From positions 103,170,001-103,234,000 of the forward strand of contig NC_045697.1 in NCBI RefSeq assembly GCF_009834535.1: 64,000 nt of DNA. Reading direction: 5' to 3'. Both the position numbers and the translations under genes were made by a program. The stretch is from Camelus ferus (Eukaryota). Below are positions 1 through 13,309 of this stretch, one piece after another (positions within the stretch are counted from its first letter, which is position 1; the number at the start of each line of letters is the position of its first letter). The notes beneath the pieces are model-generated. The model ran no database searches and was not told the DNA's origin. It saw only the letters and a list, made by a program, of their open reading frames with translations.

Positions 1-1810
1 GTCAGTGAAACTACTCCGTATGGTACTGTAATGGTGACTATAAGACATTAAATTTTTGTCAAAACCCATAACACTTTACAGAACAAAGAGTAAGCCTTAA
101 TATAAATACATTTTAAAAATGATTTAGGAGATCGGGGGATACCAGGATGGAATATACAATATGACAAAGGAACACTGTATTACAAAGGTAGGAAACAAGC
201 TCACTGAAGGGGGAGTGAGAATAAGGTTCTGACCTAAGTAACTTTGGAAATGAGTGGAGTTTGCAAAACTAAGCGGGAAAGGAACTGGACGTAAGCACTG
301 CACTTTAGTTGATAAAGTTGTCTTGCTCGGGGGTCCAGGTAACAATTCTGAAACCGCTATACACAAATACTGGAATTGAACAGTTAAGCACATGGATGAT
401 GGAAGGTGGGTGGCGGTTTCTTGCTGTTGGAGTGAGAATTTAAAGATAAACAAAGGGAAGAGACCAGAATGATCCATGTGTTAATGGACTGGAATTGGGT
501 ACAGTGGTATGAACTCATGTTTACCTTGATGCAGATACAGATGGTTCCAAACAGAAATATTTATAGAGATGGCTAAGTAGGCACACACATATTTCCTTGT
601 TCTTTGGAAGAAAGTCCCTTTGTGCAGCCCATATCAGTATGGACCATCTCCTGAGAGGGCCTAGAAGCAATACCTTGTAACAACAACCACACCTAGTGCC
701 CAGATTTGGTTTCTAATTCTGTTCTCCAGTAAAGGAACCAGGGTTTCTTGGAGAAATGACAATTCTCAGACCGGGGCAGGAGATAGACAAGATGAGCCTG
801 AAGCATCCTATAGTGCTGGAAATTAGGAAAGTGTCAAAAAAAAAAAAAAAAAAAAGAAAACAACAATGATGGAGCCAACTGAAAGGGTTCCCAATGACCA
901 AAGGTGGGAAAATTGGAGCAACAAACTAAAGCAGCACTGTATTACAGCCCCAAATGTAAAATAAATAGCGCGAGTTCATTCAGATTGGCTCAAATGAATG
1001 ACTGAAACATACATAAACAAGGGAGAAAGAACAGATCTCCCATGCAGAGAGACTCCGAGTGATTTACGTAGTTAGTTTCTACTCAAGGAGGTGAAGTGTA
1101 ACTCACTGTTTCTTAAGTGTGAGCTGTGCACAGTGACTTTCTTCTAATGAATAGAAAAGGGGGGGGGGGTGAGAAAAAAAAGAGAGTAACTTATAGTGGG
1201 GAAAACCCTGACAAATACTTCAAGCCAGCTGATTAATATTAGCTTAATGGCCCAACAGATGGTTAATTTTTGAAACTGGCCCAATAGATGGTTAATATCA
1301 ACAGTGAGAAGCCATATTGATAGTCTGCCCTGGTATGATGTGATGAGAATGGTACTTTCCTTCCATGCCCTTCCTCCCCAAAATACATCATCCTCACTGA
1401 ATCACGAGAAAAACATCAGACAACTCCCAATTCAGGGACATTCTACAAAATAATAGCTGATCAGTAATCCTCAACACGATCAAGGGCATGGAAACATGGA
1501 AAGTCTGAGAAACTGTTGTCACTGTTGTGTGGGGCCTAAGGAGAGAGAACAGATCGATGTAACGTGGTATCGCAGATGGGATCCTGGACCAGAAGAAGGA
1601 CATTAGGAGAAAACTGAGAAAAGCTGAAGAAAGTATGGACTCCAGTTAATAATGTGTCAACACTGGTTCATTAAGTGTTATAAATATACCAAACAAATTT
1701 AAGAGGCTAATAATAGGGGTAATGGGTGGACTAGACTGGAACTCTGATATTGCCACAAAAATTCTGTCCATCAAAAAGTGTTCTGAAGTTAAAATTTTAA
1801 TTTAAAAAAA
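1..1810 (+). mobile_element. Old LINE-1 3' end (L1MC3/L1MC4-like), degenerate
   Basis: Recognised L1MC-type 3' UTR sequence (gtgaaactactccgtatggtactgtaatggtg..., ggatgggatcctggaccagaagaaggacatt...) ending in an A-rich tail near 1800; no intact ORF. Confidence 0.7.
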
Positions 1811-1869
1811 CAATGGGGGGAGGCGGAGAGGAGGGCTACTCTGTATGGGATGATCAGAAGGCAAGAAGT

Positions 1870-2808
1870 ATCAGGGACAAGGAGGGACATTTTCTGATGC
1901 TTGGAGGGTCAGCCAACTAGGAAGATGTGACAATCCTAAATTGATCTGCATCGAATAGCACAGTCTACTCCAGGCTTATTAGATAAAACCGAGGGAGCTA
2001 AAAGGAGAAATAACCAAGTCCACAATCAACATTTTAACATACCTGTCTCAGTAACTGGTTGGAACAAGCAAGTAATCAGCAAGGACACACCGAATTTGAA
2101 TGGCACAATTAAGACACTGGTCCTAATTGGTGTATCCAGAGCACAGAACCCACCAACTGCAGGATGTACAGCTGGCCCTTGAACTATGCAGGGGTCAGGG
2201 CGCTCACCCTCTGTGTAGTCAAAAGTCCAAATATAACTTAGGGTAGGCCCTCCCTGTCCGTTGTTCCTCTATATTGAAGGTTCCTCGGTATCACCATGGT
2301 TCTGTATCCACGGATTCAACCAACCACAGATGGTGGAGTGCTGTTGTATTTAAGTATTGAAGTATTGAAAAAAATCTGTATATAAGTGGACCCAGGCAGT
2401 TCAAACCTGTGTTGTTCAAGGGTCAACTGTACGTTCTTTACAAGAGCACGTGGAACATTTTCAAAAATTAACCATCTATTGGGCCATTAAAAAATATCAA
2501 ATTCAAAGGATTCAAATCATACAAAATATGTTCTTTGACAAGTGTTATTAAGCTAGAAATCGCTGACAAAAAGAAAACTTGAAAATGTCTAAATATGTAG
2601 AAATTTAACTTATACTTATAACTTATAAATTTAACTTATACTCCTCTATAACCCATGGGTTAAAATGAAATCACAATGCAAGCTAGAAAATATTTTGAAT
2701 TGAATGATAAATAAAATATGGCATATTTAAAAACATGTGAGGGTGATATTCAAAAGGCGATATTCAAAGGTCCATCAGCACGTGAATGGATGAACAAAAT
2801 ACGGTAGA
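1870..2808 (+). mobile_element. LINE-1 ORF2 fragments interrupted by a Tigger2-type element
   Basis: Endonuclease-region-like L1 sequence (acaatcctaaat...aaaggagaaataaccaagtccacaatc; caagagcacgtggaacattttcaaaaattaaccat) continues on both sides of 2169-2429. Confidence 0.65.
2169..2429. mobile_element. Non-autonomous TcMar-Tigger2 family element (MER8/Tigger2a-like)
   Basis: Terminal inverted repeats cagctggcccttgaac ... gttcaagggtcaactg, flanked by TA at 2167-2168 and 2430-2431. Confidence 0.85.
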
Positions 2809-3238
2809 CAGGTACCCCCTGCTTTCCGAAAGTTCACTTTACGCCACTTCACTTGTATGAAAGACCTACATTAGTGCCTGTTTTTGCTAAACACAGGAAA
2901 CCCCAAGAGGATTTTAACTTTTATGAAAAAAGATGAAAAGCGAAAAGTAGTGTTCAGGGTTTGTTTCGCAGCGAATCCTTAAAGAGGCAGTGCACCCCCT
3001 GCGCAGTGAGAGTGACACCCCCAAGCTCCTCCCCTGGGAGCCGCACTCAGCATCTCCGCATCAAGACGCCGTGGCTTTGAACTGTGTCTCTGAGCGTCTG
3101 TGCTTTATCTCGATTTACTTTGTGCATCTGTTAGCAAGATGTGTCCTAGGATAATTGCTTCTTCGTTTGACACCAGTTCGGCTTACAAAAGGTTTCATAG
3201 GAACGCTCTACTTTTGGATACTGGCGGGGGGTAGCCTG
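2809..3238. mobile_element. Non-autonomous Tigger-like DNA transposon
   Basis: Imperfect TIRs caggtaccccctgctttccgaaagt / acttttggatactggcggggggtagcctg; inserted into an L1 3' end that resumes at 3239. Confidence 0.7.
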
Positions 3239-3610
3239 TCTGCCTACAATAGCATAGTACTCAGCCATAGAAAAGATGGAAAGTCTGATACATGTTACAA
3301 CATGGACGAACCCTGAAAACATTACACAGTAGGAAAGAAACCAGACACAAAACGACAAATACTGTATGATTCTACTCATATAAGGGATTCAGAAGAGGCA
3401 AATTCATAGAGACAGAAAGTAGAATGAAGGTTACAAGGGACCTGGGGGAGGGGGATGTGAGAAGTTATCTGATGGGTTCAGAGTTCCTGTTTGGGACAAT
3501 GAAAGAGTTCTGGAGATGGACAGTAATGGTGATTGCACAACATTTTAAATGTACTTAATGCCACTGAATTGTATACTTAAAATGGCTGAAATAGTAAATT
3601 TTACAATAGC
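3239..3610 (+). mobile_element. LINE-1 3' end (L1MB/L1MC-like)
   Basis: Typical motifs tacatgttacaacatggacgaaccctgaaaacatt, ggcaaattcatagagacagaaagtagaat, gtacttaatgccactgaattgtatacttaaaatgg. Confidence 0.8.
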
Positions 3611-3611
3611 A

Positions 3612-3647
3612 TTAATAATAATAATAATAATAACAGCAGCAGCAGCA

Positions 3648-3705
<58 letters not shown>
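3612..3705. repeat. Compound microsatellite (AAT)n-(CAG)5-(AAT)n
   Basis: Seen directly; lies where the poly(A) tail of the preceding L1 would be. Confidence 0.95.
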
Positions 3706-3708
<3 letters not shown>

Positions 3709-6700
3709 CCACCTATGAAGGGCAGGACTTCCAGAATACAGAGAGAGAACCTATGTATATCCTGTGTATATCCATCCCTCCATAAGAAGAAAAACTCTGG
3801 CAAAAACTGTCAAAATCAACTTTTTTCAAAACTCTAGTAATTATCCAAAACTGATGATTCCCATGGAAGTCAGGAAACTAGTCCCCTGACTATCTGTCTC
3901 AGAGATTCTGCCTCAGACCTACTGGAAAACATGATTACTGGGGTTGGGCTTAGCAATGTGCATTTTAAAATTAAAATTGCATCTGGTGATGCAATTGCTG
4001 CTCTAGGTTAGGAGAAGAATGATGCAGGGTGGCCTGCCAGCCCCCCCACCCCCCATCTCAGGGATGATTAGGGCTAGTCTGGGGGCTGAATGCACGTCCA
4101 GGAGCATTTTAGGACTCTTCAGGATGACATCAATTCCACTCTATCCCTACCTCACACACACAGTTCCAGGTCGCTGGAGCTTGGAGATCCCTCCTTCCTC
4201 CCCCTGACCCTCCACCAGAGGTCCTAAAACACAGGCCACCATGTGTTGACCTCTAGAGACTGATGACTGTGCTTCCCACCAAGCCAACTGCTTGCCTAGA
4301 AGCAGTGTCATATCTGGATTCAGGGAAACTGAGATACAGACATGTTTCGAAGGACAGATGCAGCATGTGTGTCTCCCCAAGTTAGCCCACTGGCATTAAA
4401 TTTGAAGTTTTCCTGGGAAACCAGCATAATTACTGTAATATTTGCTATTCCATTCATAGCACTTATTTTGTAAACAATTCCCTGGAGAAAGACTCATAAA
4501 TCCTGTTAAAACTATTATGAACTTAATGTTTGAGCTTTTCATGTACAGACGTTGAACATTTTACCCTTTTATGAGAAATCAGGGAAAAAACAAATCACTA
4601 AAGACAGTGAGAAAGCCCAATTTGGGTTGATTTAATGGGACTGTATTGTTGGGAGTATGCAAAGAGGGGAAGAGAGGAAGCCAAAGTTTAAGAAATCAAA
4701 TTAAAGGATGGGTGAAAATCGCTCGCAATCCACAGGCTGTGACTTATAAGCCCATCACCTTATAACTTGTTTCTTCTACTTGCTTTCCTTAGGGTGACAC
4801 TGCCAACCGGCTTTGCCCGCAGGGCTGTTCTCCAGGAGACTGCAGGTGTTAAAGGTGAGTGCAGCGGGATCAGTTCTGAGCCCAGCCCTTCTGCCAAGGG
4901 TGCTGCCTCGACATCTTTCACATTTTTGATTGTCATCCAGATGGTTCCATTTGCCTCCTAAAGGCAAGATGTCTTTCGCAACATGGCATGCTCCACTCTG
5001 GATCTGTTACTTTTAAAAATGACAGTTATTCCAAGGCAAGAAAATGTTCCTGCTCCATGTTAGTCCCAGCATGTACCTTCTGCCAGAGCTTGCAGCTCTT
5101 GGTGATGTAACCTGAGCTTTCCTGGGCGCATCAAAGAACTAGGAAGAGAAACCAAACCACTACAACCCACCTACTAGGAAACTCCGTTGACTCACCTATA
5201 ACCACCTCCACCCCGTCCTAGCTAAGCTAGAACAACACTAGCTGCCAAAGAGATAAGCCTCCGAATTCCAGTTGCTTAACACAATAGAATATAGTTCTTC
5301 TTTCCTATAAAGGCGCAGGAGGAAGGTCCATTTTGCAGACGGACCTTCCACGGGGTGATTTGAGGACACTGACTTCCTTCATCTGGGGGTCCCTCCATCC
5401 CCTGGGGCCCCAGAGTCCTCAGTCTCTATCTGGCAGGTGGTGGGACAGAGGGTAGGGGGGAGACACCTGCTTTTTCACCATTTTAGCCTGGAAACGACTC
5501 ACATCGCATATGCTCACCTTCCAGTGGAAGAAGCGGTCACAAAGCGCCCCCCATGAGCCAGGGAGTCCAGATTCCTGTGCCGGGCAGCCTCTTCTTAGTA
5601 ACAGCTGTGCACTTGGAGGGGGACCGCTGGCCACCCTGACACACACTCTGATTTTGAGGAAGAAACACAATAGGTTTTTCCTGTATAATTTCCATCTCTC
5701 AGGGTTGACTCTTTGAAGGTTTAATAAGACCAATGATCATCATCTCACATGAGGATTTTTTTTTTCAGCGCTTTGCAAAATATTCTGTTACTGTTTTGTG
5801 CTGTAGTATTTAAAGGCTCAGTATGTACGTGTGTGTTGTGTGTGTGCGGGGTGTGCATGGTGTTAGGAGGTGCCCTGCAGCCTTCTGGGATTCTCCTAAA
5901 CAATGGAGTAAAGGATTTTAACCACTGTCTTGGACAGTCACGATTTTGCTGGCTTTCCTAATAAAACTGGACTTTACGGGAGCAGTACCTTTGAAATGGG
6001 TTTTATGTGTCCCTCTATGGTTTGTTGAGGCAAAAGGACAGGACAGCTAACCTTTTGTGCTATTGTTACAATCAGGAAACACTTTCTTCCTCCCCTTTGC
6101 AGTAATAAACAGAATATTGAAACATACTACCTGGTTCACCTGACCTAGGGTAGGGGAAATTAAATAATTTACCAGTGTATGATAGGCATTTGTTTTCCTA
6201 CCTCCTCTCCTGTTTTTACAGTAAGGTAATGGTAGGAGGAGAGGCAGAAATAACCTAGTGTGTATACACATTCCTAACAATGACTCTCTGATGGACTCGG
6301 CCTGCGGTGCCTCTTTCACTCCCCCCAAATGGTCATTTTAATTTAACTGATGACTACTCTTCATCAAGAGGTGACAATCCATCCAGGTAGAGTCATTTAA
6401 TTTGGCCAAAGGATAAGTTAGTTCCCTTCGTTCTCCTTTGCAATTCCCCTGCCTAACTTTTAGATTATCAGCTTTGAGCCAGAAGTTCTACTGAAGGGAA
6501 TTAAAAGGCGAAGCCAAGGATCAGATAGTCAATACAAGCCCACTGGATAAATTTGCTCACCACCAGTGGACACTGGTCTGTTGACAGTCTCTTCATGGAA
6601 ACGTGTCCATTTGTAGGGCTGCAAATCAGACAGACTGTCCTTAAACGGGGTTCAAGAGCTTCAGAGGAAAAACGTTCTCAAGTTCTTTTTCACATCTGCC

Positions 6701-7559
6701 CTTTAAAGAGTTCAGTCTTATTTGTTCTGCCTACGCTAAGGTGGACTTCCACTTGCGTTACTATGAATTTTCTTTCCAAGTGTTTTGGTTGTGGCTTTTC
6801 CCTCCTCTGGTTCATCATATGCTCATCGATGCTCAACAAAGAACAAAGCAATAGCTAATAAAAATTAAAATCAAATATCATCAGACTGCAATACAACAAA
6901 CAGACATTGTTCAACCATTCAACTTGCTCTTCTCTTAGACTCTGCTAAGACTGATTCTAGCCAGTTTTGTTTGATTAAAAGCTTCTCTCCAGCAGAAGCA
7001 ATTTACGAAGAGCGAGGTGGGATGCAGACCGTGCGGCACCTGGAGCAGCACTCATGGGCTGTCCTGTTCCCACCTCTTGTCCTTGGCACTGGACCTGTGT
7101 CCTTCTAGGATGAGCCCATGTTATGCTTGCAAAGAGTACACTGACCTCTTTGATTCTTGTTCCAGGAGATGCAATATGTACCGGTGGGGGAGGTTCTATA
7201 TAGAATGAGCCACATCAAAGCCCAGATGAGACAGCATGTGTAAGATCTTCTTGGGCCATTCCCTAACCACACATAACAAATTCCAAGTCCCTAAAGCAGT
7301 TACTTGGAATTATTTTTATAGTATATGGCCTTTTACAAGGATGGCAGTGTCCAGGAGAGTATTTTCAAGAAACAATGATATTCGAAGAGGCAGCATGAAT
7401 ATGGTTTGTCATGTTACTTCAGGAATGTTTGTGTCCATTTTAAATATCTTCTTTTTCTCCTATTCTTTCAGTCTCACTTTTCTTCTATGACATCTTATCC
7501 AAACCTTGAAAGACTTCTAAAAGTAATAAGAACTCCCCAGACTACCCAAAAGTCACATC

Positions 7560-8100
7560 TTCACACAGGGATGTCTTAAAGCATTAACAGGATGATGCCA
7601 CTTCTCTGTTTCCTGTCAATGAAATCCTAATTATTTATCAAGAAGGTCTTACACAAATGTGACCCTGCCTATCTTTCCAGTTTCATTTCATGCCTCTTCT
7701 TTTTGCTTACTCTGTTCCAGTTACATTGGCTTCTTTCAGGAACTTGACACACTAAGCCATTTCCCACCTCAGGACCTTTGCACATACATGCTCTTTACTA
7801 GAATGCAATTATCCTGGCTCTGCTGTGCTGTATCCTTCTGGTTTGAAATTAGATGTCACCTCTTCAGAGAGGTTTTCCCTGGCCACAATATTTAAAGTAA
7901 GGTCTTCACACTCTTCCCATTTTTAATTTCTATCTTAGTGCCTAGTTGAGTGTTATTTTGTTTACTTGCTTATTATCTCTTTCCTATTCTAGAACATAAG
8001 CTTCATAAGAGCAGAACTTGTCTGTCTTGTCTCTGTATCTCCAGCACCAGGGACAGGGCTCAACACACACAAATGTCTTACAATTGTATGGAACAATTGG
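7560..8100 (+). mobile_element. LINE-2 3' fragment
   Basis: L2 hallmarks: atgtcacctcttcagagaggttttccctggccac, ctagaacataagcttcataagagcag...tgtatctccagcacc. Confidence 0.7.
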
Positions 8101-8497
8101 ATAATTGTTGAACAGTGGTTTTTATGGACCTTCCATGGCTGACATTTTCTTTCCCACAAAGATTTCCTTAGAGAGGCAGTTTCTTACATATAATTTGTCT
8201 TCCCGAAGGGAATTTGTATTTTTAAAAATTAGGATGTCATTTTTACAGACGCAACCTTTCAAAAACTTGTATTTCCGATGGCAGGCTTTAGGATCCTGTG
8301 TGGCAGCACATGAAATGGTCATACTTCAAAAACGGAATGAATAAATCACACGTGGCCCTGTTGCATATGTACGTAATCTTCGTTATACACACTCCTCCAT
8401 CCCCCACCCAGGTTCTGTACAGGGTTAAGGAGGTACAGCCAGGCAAACCCAAATCTGAAACAGACACACACGGTCGTGTAAACAAGAGATGGTTAAG

Positions 8498-8668
8498 GAG
8501 GGGGGAGTAGAGCTCAGTGGTAGAGCACATGCTCAGCATGCATGAGGTTCTGAGTTGAGGCCCCAGTACCTCCATCAAAAAAAAAAAATTATATAAATAA
8601 ACCTAATCACCTCCCCCCTCCAAAAAATAAAGATAAAATAAATGTTAAAAAAATAGTAATAATAAAGC
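8498..8668 (+). mobile_element. tRNA-derived SINE, camelid Vic-1 type
   Basis: A-box-like agctcagtggtagagc, B-box-like ggttctgagttgaggccc, then cccagtacctcc and an A-rich tail; target-site duplication agagatggt at 8485-8493 and 8670-8678. Confidence 0.85.
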
Positions 8669-11600
8669 GAGAGATGGTGAGTGTGATTTGGGGTGAGAGG
8701 GAGAGAGGAGAGAGGGCAGGGGAAGAACTTTCTGCTGTTTAGTACTGTAGGTGTCCTGTGGCTTCCATGCTCTGTTCACTTTGTTTCCATAATGTCTCAG
8801 GGATGTGTCCCCTTGTGCTGTTTTGAGATGATTTCCAAAGCTCAGTGCTCCTGGAGGCTGGGTGCAGAGTCAAGGTGGAAGCAGGTGGGTAAGGGCGTGC
8901 CCCAGGAGAGGGGCTTTCGCCGCAGGTGTTCACGTCTGCCTGACGAATGAACGATAGGCCAGCCGTGGGGTGGAATCGCGAAGGCGTAGATGGCAGCTGG
9001 ATGAGGCATCCTGCCCGCAGCTCCCCTGGGAGACTCACAGCTGCCCGGTGCAGGCTCCTCCCCACGCAGGCCAGCTGCTCCCGGACAGAGGCCTGGGGAG
9101 GAATCCTGTGTTCTTAAGTATGGGACGGGGGTCACAGGAAGGACTCCCACCTCCTCCGCTTCAGCTACTGGGAGAAACCCTGGAATGAAGCCGTCCCCGC
9201 TAGCCACAAAGTAATCCTCCTCTGCCTCCTCCCGGCTGTGACCCCATGCATTCCTGCGCCTGTCACCTGAGTTGTTCCTCCCGGAGGTTCCACACTTTTT
9301 TCCCTCCTGCCACCTGCACCAAGAATGTTCTCGGTCTTTCTCCTCCCATCCCCCACCCGCCACCTGTTGCCTGACGCGGATGGATGTCACCACTCCCCTC
9401 CCGGAGCAAGCGCTCCAGGTCCGTTCTGCTGGGGGCAGAGGACTCCTCAGGCTTGAGCATGTGCATCCTCCCTGGCTTTTCCTAGGGCCACTTTTGTGTG
9501 CCTGCCACGGTTAACAAAGGCAAGCTGCCCCTGGGCATGGGTGAGGACCAATCACCACCGTCCTCCGCCTCCCTCTCCCACTGTGGAGCTTGACAGCCCC
9601 GGGCTGCCCAGGGTGTGCCCAGAAGGGAGCGAGGTGACTTAGAACAAGCCTTCCCTGCCGCGGGGTTCCCATGTTCACTCCTGGTGCGGGCTGTCACAGC
9701 AGAAGGGTCTTCTAATGCCAGGATTTAGTTTGCTTTCTGGCTAATTTGCACGCCTGGTTGTGGGAAGTGCATACATTTCTTTTAAACTACATAAAGGAAA
9801 AAGTTCACGTCGGCCACCCATAAATCTAGACAGCCTGGGAAGCAGTTTGCCCGGGACTGAGGTTCTCACCAGCCTCAAAATGACAGACACGCTGGGTGAT
9901 GGCCAGCACACCCTAGAGAATCCCAGGACAGGCCCCAGATTCAGGAAATACTGCTCTCCCTTTCAGGTGCTGGGGATTTGGTTTTGCTCTGTTTGAAATT
10001 AGGGAACAGTCTAAGAAATGGTTAAACGGGTTGGCCAGAAAATATTCAAGTGTAAGGCAACAGTTTCCAAATTCCCCACAGAGACTGGACACAAGGGAAC
10101 ACTGGCAGCCAAGCCTGTTATTAAGAAGGTCACAAGATGCCATCTGTTACTGTGCATACTTTACTGTTCAAGCATAACGTCAACTAGGAAGTGGCTGCAG
10201 TTGCTTTTGCCTGTGAACTTAAAAGACAGCGCGACAGTAGGCACTGCAGCGATCTCAGCGGGTTTGTGGGGACAAGCCCTGCGTCCGCTAGGGGACGGGC
10301 TGGAGCTCTGTGGGGAGACGAAGGGAAGAAGGCACCATTTTCGGTCTGTCCTTGGTTAAGGCTCAACTGTAATTTGGGACGCTGCTGGTTTTCCTCATGT
10401 TTTTCTGCCTGGTTTTGGCTAAAATCTACAAAACGGGATTACAGCACTCCTTTGCCTATAACTATGAAAGTTAGGCAGGTAAATGAAGGCCTTATTCTTT
10501 TATTCGCAACTTTAAAAAATGTTCAATTCATAGAAAAGTTGAAGAAATAACACAATCAGTATTTACGTACTCTCTGCCTAGATTCTCCAATCATTAACGT
10601 GTGGCCACAGTTAACAGTCAGCTTGATCACAGTCTCTCCACATTGATACTTGCATGTGGTACTTCTTTGCTGAACTATTGAGAGTAAATTACAGATGTCA
10701 TAACAGTATGTCCTTAAATACTTCAGCATGTGCCTCCTAGGAGTAAGGATGTTCTCTTATATAACCATAATACTATTATCACACTCAAGAAACAATATTG
10801 ATAGAATTAACTTTCCCCCAATGTACAGACCATTAAATCCTTATTCTTTAGGATCCATCAGGAAAAGATTCGCTCTGTCGTCTGTCCCAAAGGTTAGCAA
10901 TTCTCTTTAAGATGCCTCATATTTTTGAGGCACTTTGAAAAGTTTGATGAAAGCTCTGGGCCCCATTTTCAGAAAAATATCCATAAAGACACTTCCATGT
11001 CTACAAGCCAACAACGCATACATTTTGGATCCCTCCAGGGTGTCCATAAGACTCTAGGTTAAGTGTTGTTAATCTTTGATCTAAATTCTCCTCTTTTGTG
11101 AACACACTATTTATAATTACAGTTCTCAGAAAAGATTAAAAACGATTTTTCTTCACTTTCCAACATTATGTTTTGTGTTCATGCCAAGGAAATCAAGGTT
11201 GCAAGGAACTTAGAGATGGGTAGGCAGGGGATCATATGATCCCCTAATCTATGCAAAGGAAACAGAATCACAAATACAGCTGAGAGCTGTACTATGACAG
11301 ACACCCAGCAGGTGGACTACATGATTAGAAGACCCAGAAGAGTATTTCCAAACTTGAGCTGCTTTGTTTCTGAAAGAGTGGATCCTCGCAAACCCACACT
11401 TGCTTTCTTGATAGTTTACTTTTAAAACCAGATACCTATAGCACTACATCAGAGTTGGCACCACATTTATGGACTTAAGACACAAGTAGAATTTGTTGGC
11501 AGTTACTGACATTGTAAGTTTCATCAACAGAATCACCCAATTTGGTTACAGTTCTAGGACAGGGAAGTGGAAGGAGGGAGGTGGATACTTGCTAGCAAAT

Positions 11601-12434
11601 TAGGGTCACATTAAATGTCCTTAAGAAAGGCCAGCTGCGACTGCCAAGGTCAAGTTGCACTGTGGGCTCTATTTTGTCAACTGTTAACTTGTAAAGAAAA
11701 AAAATCGTCAGCTGACCATACGCCAACGTATTGTGAGCTTGCCGGTGTTCCTCTCCATAAACAGATGGAAGAAAATGAGACGTTTCTAGCTCGGTTAGAA
11801 AGATGACCAAGTTTGGCTAAAAGATGGGCATAAATGTGTAAATCCCTCATGCAACGGTCTGGCACAAATTCTAATGCCTGCCCCCCCCCCCCCCCCATAA
11901 TCCATCAAACGCCTCAAAATTACTTTCTGTAAAGCTTTTATAGTATAGAATCATCTCATTCACTAATTAATGATTATCTCATATAATTCTTGAAAGAAAG
12001 AGTGACAAAAAACTAGTCAAAGCCTCTGGCAGGCCTATGGGATTTATAAAAGTCTTATAGAGTTTTGAAAGGCTAAGAATTCACAGCCAGTGGAATAATC
12101 AGAGCTAATTGTGCAGGATGAACTTCTTAGCCACCTGCTTTAACTGTAGCTGTGAAAAGTGGGTTTTTCTTAAATTTAGCTGAGTAACTATTGAACTCTT
12201 TATTTGACTTTAGCTTAAGATATCCTGTTTTTAAAAGTTTATCAGCATAAAATAGCACAAATAATGAGTATTTGCCAAAAGCTATTCCTCTCCCTTGACT
12301 CATCCCTGATTACCAGACCCCATTCTATTATGCCAAGCCAAACCCTCTTTTTCTTTATAAATCAAGTTTTACGTATTTTCAATCAAACTTAAACTTTTTC
12401 TTATTTATTTATTTTTAATCAAAATACTCCAGAG

Positions 12435-13172
12435 AACTCAACATGATTAGTCATTAGGAAAATGCAAATTAAAACACAATGAGATACCTCTTCACATCCA
12501 TAAGAATGGCTATACTCACAAAGACAGAAAATAACAAATGTTGGTGAGGATGTGGAGAAACCGAAACCTTCATTCATTGCCACTGGGAATGTAAACTAGC
12601 CCAGCCACTTTGGAAAACACCTTGACAGTTTCTTTGTAAGTTAAACATAAATTTACCATTGGATCCAACAATTCCACACCTAAGGCGTTCACTCAAGAGA
12701 AATGAAAACATACGTCTCCACAAAGGTTTGCACATGAATGTTCTCTGCAGTATTATCTATAACAGTGAAAGCTGGAAAGACCCCCACATCCACCCATTGG
12801 TGAATCAGTGGGAATACTACCCATCAATAAAACGAACAGAATACTAGGATAGCTGGAACGTGGATGAACCTCAAAAACATTATGCTACATAAAAGACCAC
12901 ATAGTGTATGATTCCATTTACATGAACTGTCCAATAAAGGCAAATCTGTACATAGAGAAAGTAGGTTACTAGTTTTCTGGGGCTGGAGGAAAGGAGATTA
13001 GCCATACACGGACATGAGGGATTTTACTGAGTAACGAAAATACTCTAATACCAGATTATGGTATTATGGTGACAGTTGTATAACTTGATAAATTTACTTA
13101 AAATCACTGAACTGTACACTTAAAGTAGGTCAGGTTTATGGTAAGTTATCCCTCAGTAAAATTATTTTTAAA
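12435..13172 (+). mobile_element. LINE-1 3' region (L1MB/L1MC-like)
   Basis: ORF2 C-terminal motif ttagtcattaggaaaatgcaaattaaaacacaatgagatacc ... tgttggtgaggatgtggagaaac followed by an L1 3' UTR. Confidence 0.85.
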
Positions 13173-13309
13173 AATACACTAGAGCTCCTTCAGACCTTGA
13201 GAAAAATGTACAGTTTTAGAGTTTCGGCACAGTCTTGGTTCCCTTTGATTCTAAGAGTATAAACTGTGTATCACAGAAGAATTCTCCAGGTATAAGTTTA
13301 ATTCTCCTA

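Noticed and set aside
1248..1297. Short duplication tggcccaa(c/t)agatggttaat
   Set aside because: Local slippage-type duplication inside an old L1; no functional indication.
3549..3803. Poly-Ile / poly-Tyr ORFs
   Set aside because: Translations of the (AAT)n microsatellite.
8503..8575. tRNA-like A/B boxes suggesting a tRNA gene (also at 32890, 35432, 54285)
   Set aside because: No full cloverleaf; A-rich tails and target-site duplications identify them as SINEs.
8739..9514. Cluster of ORFs up to 183 aa in a moderately GC-rich patch
   Set aside because: No recognisable homology or consistent exon structure; explained by base composition.
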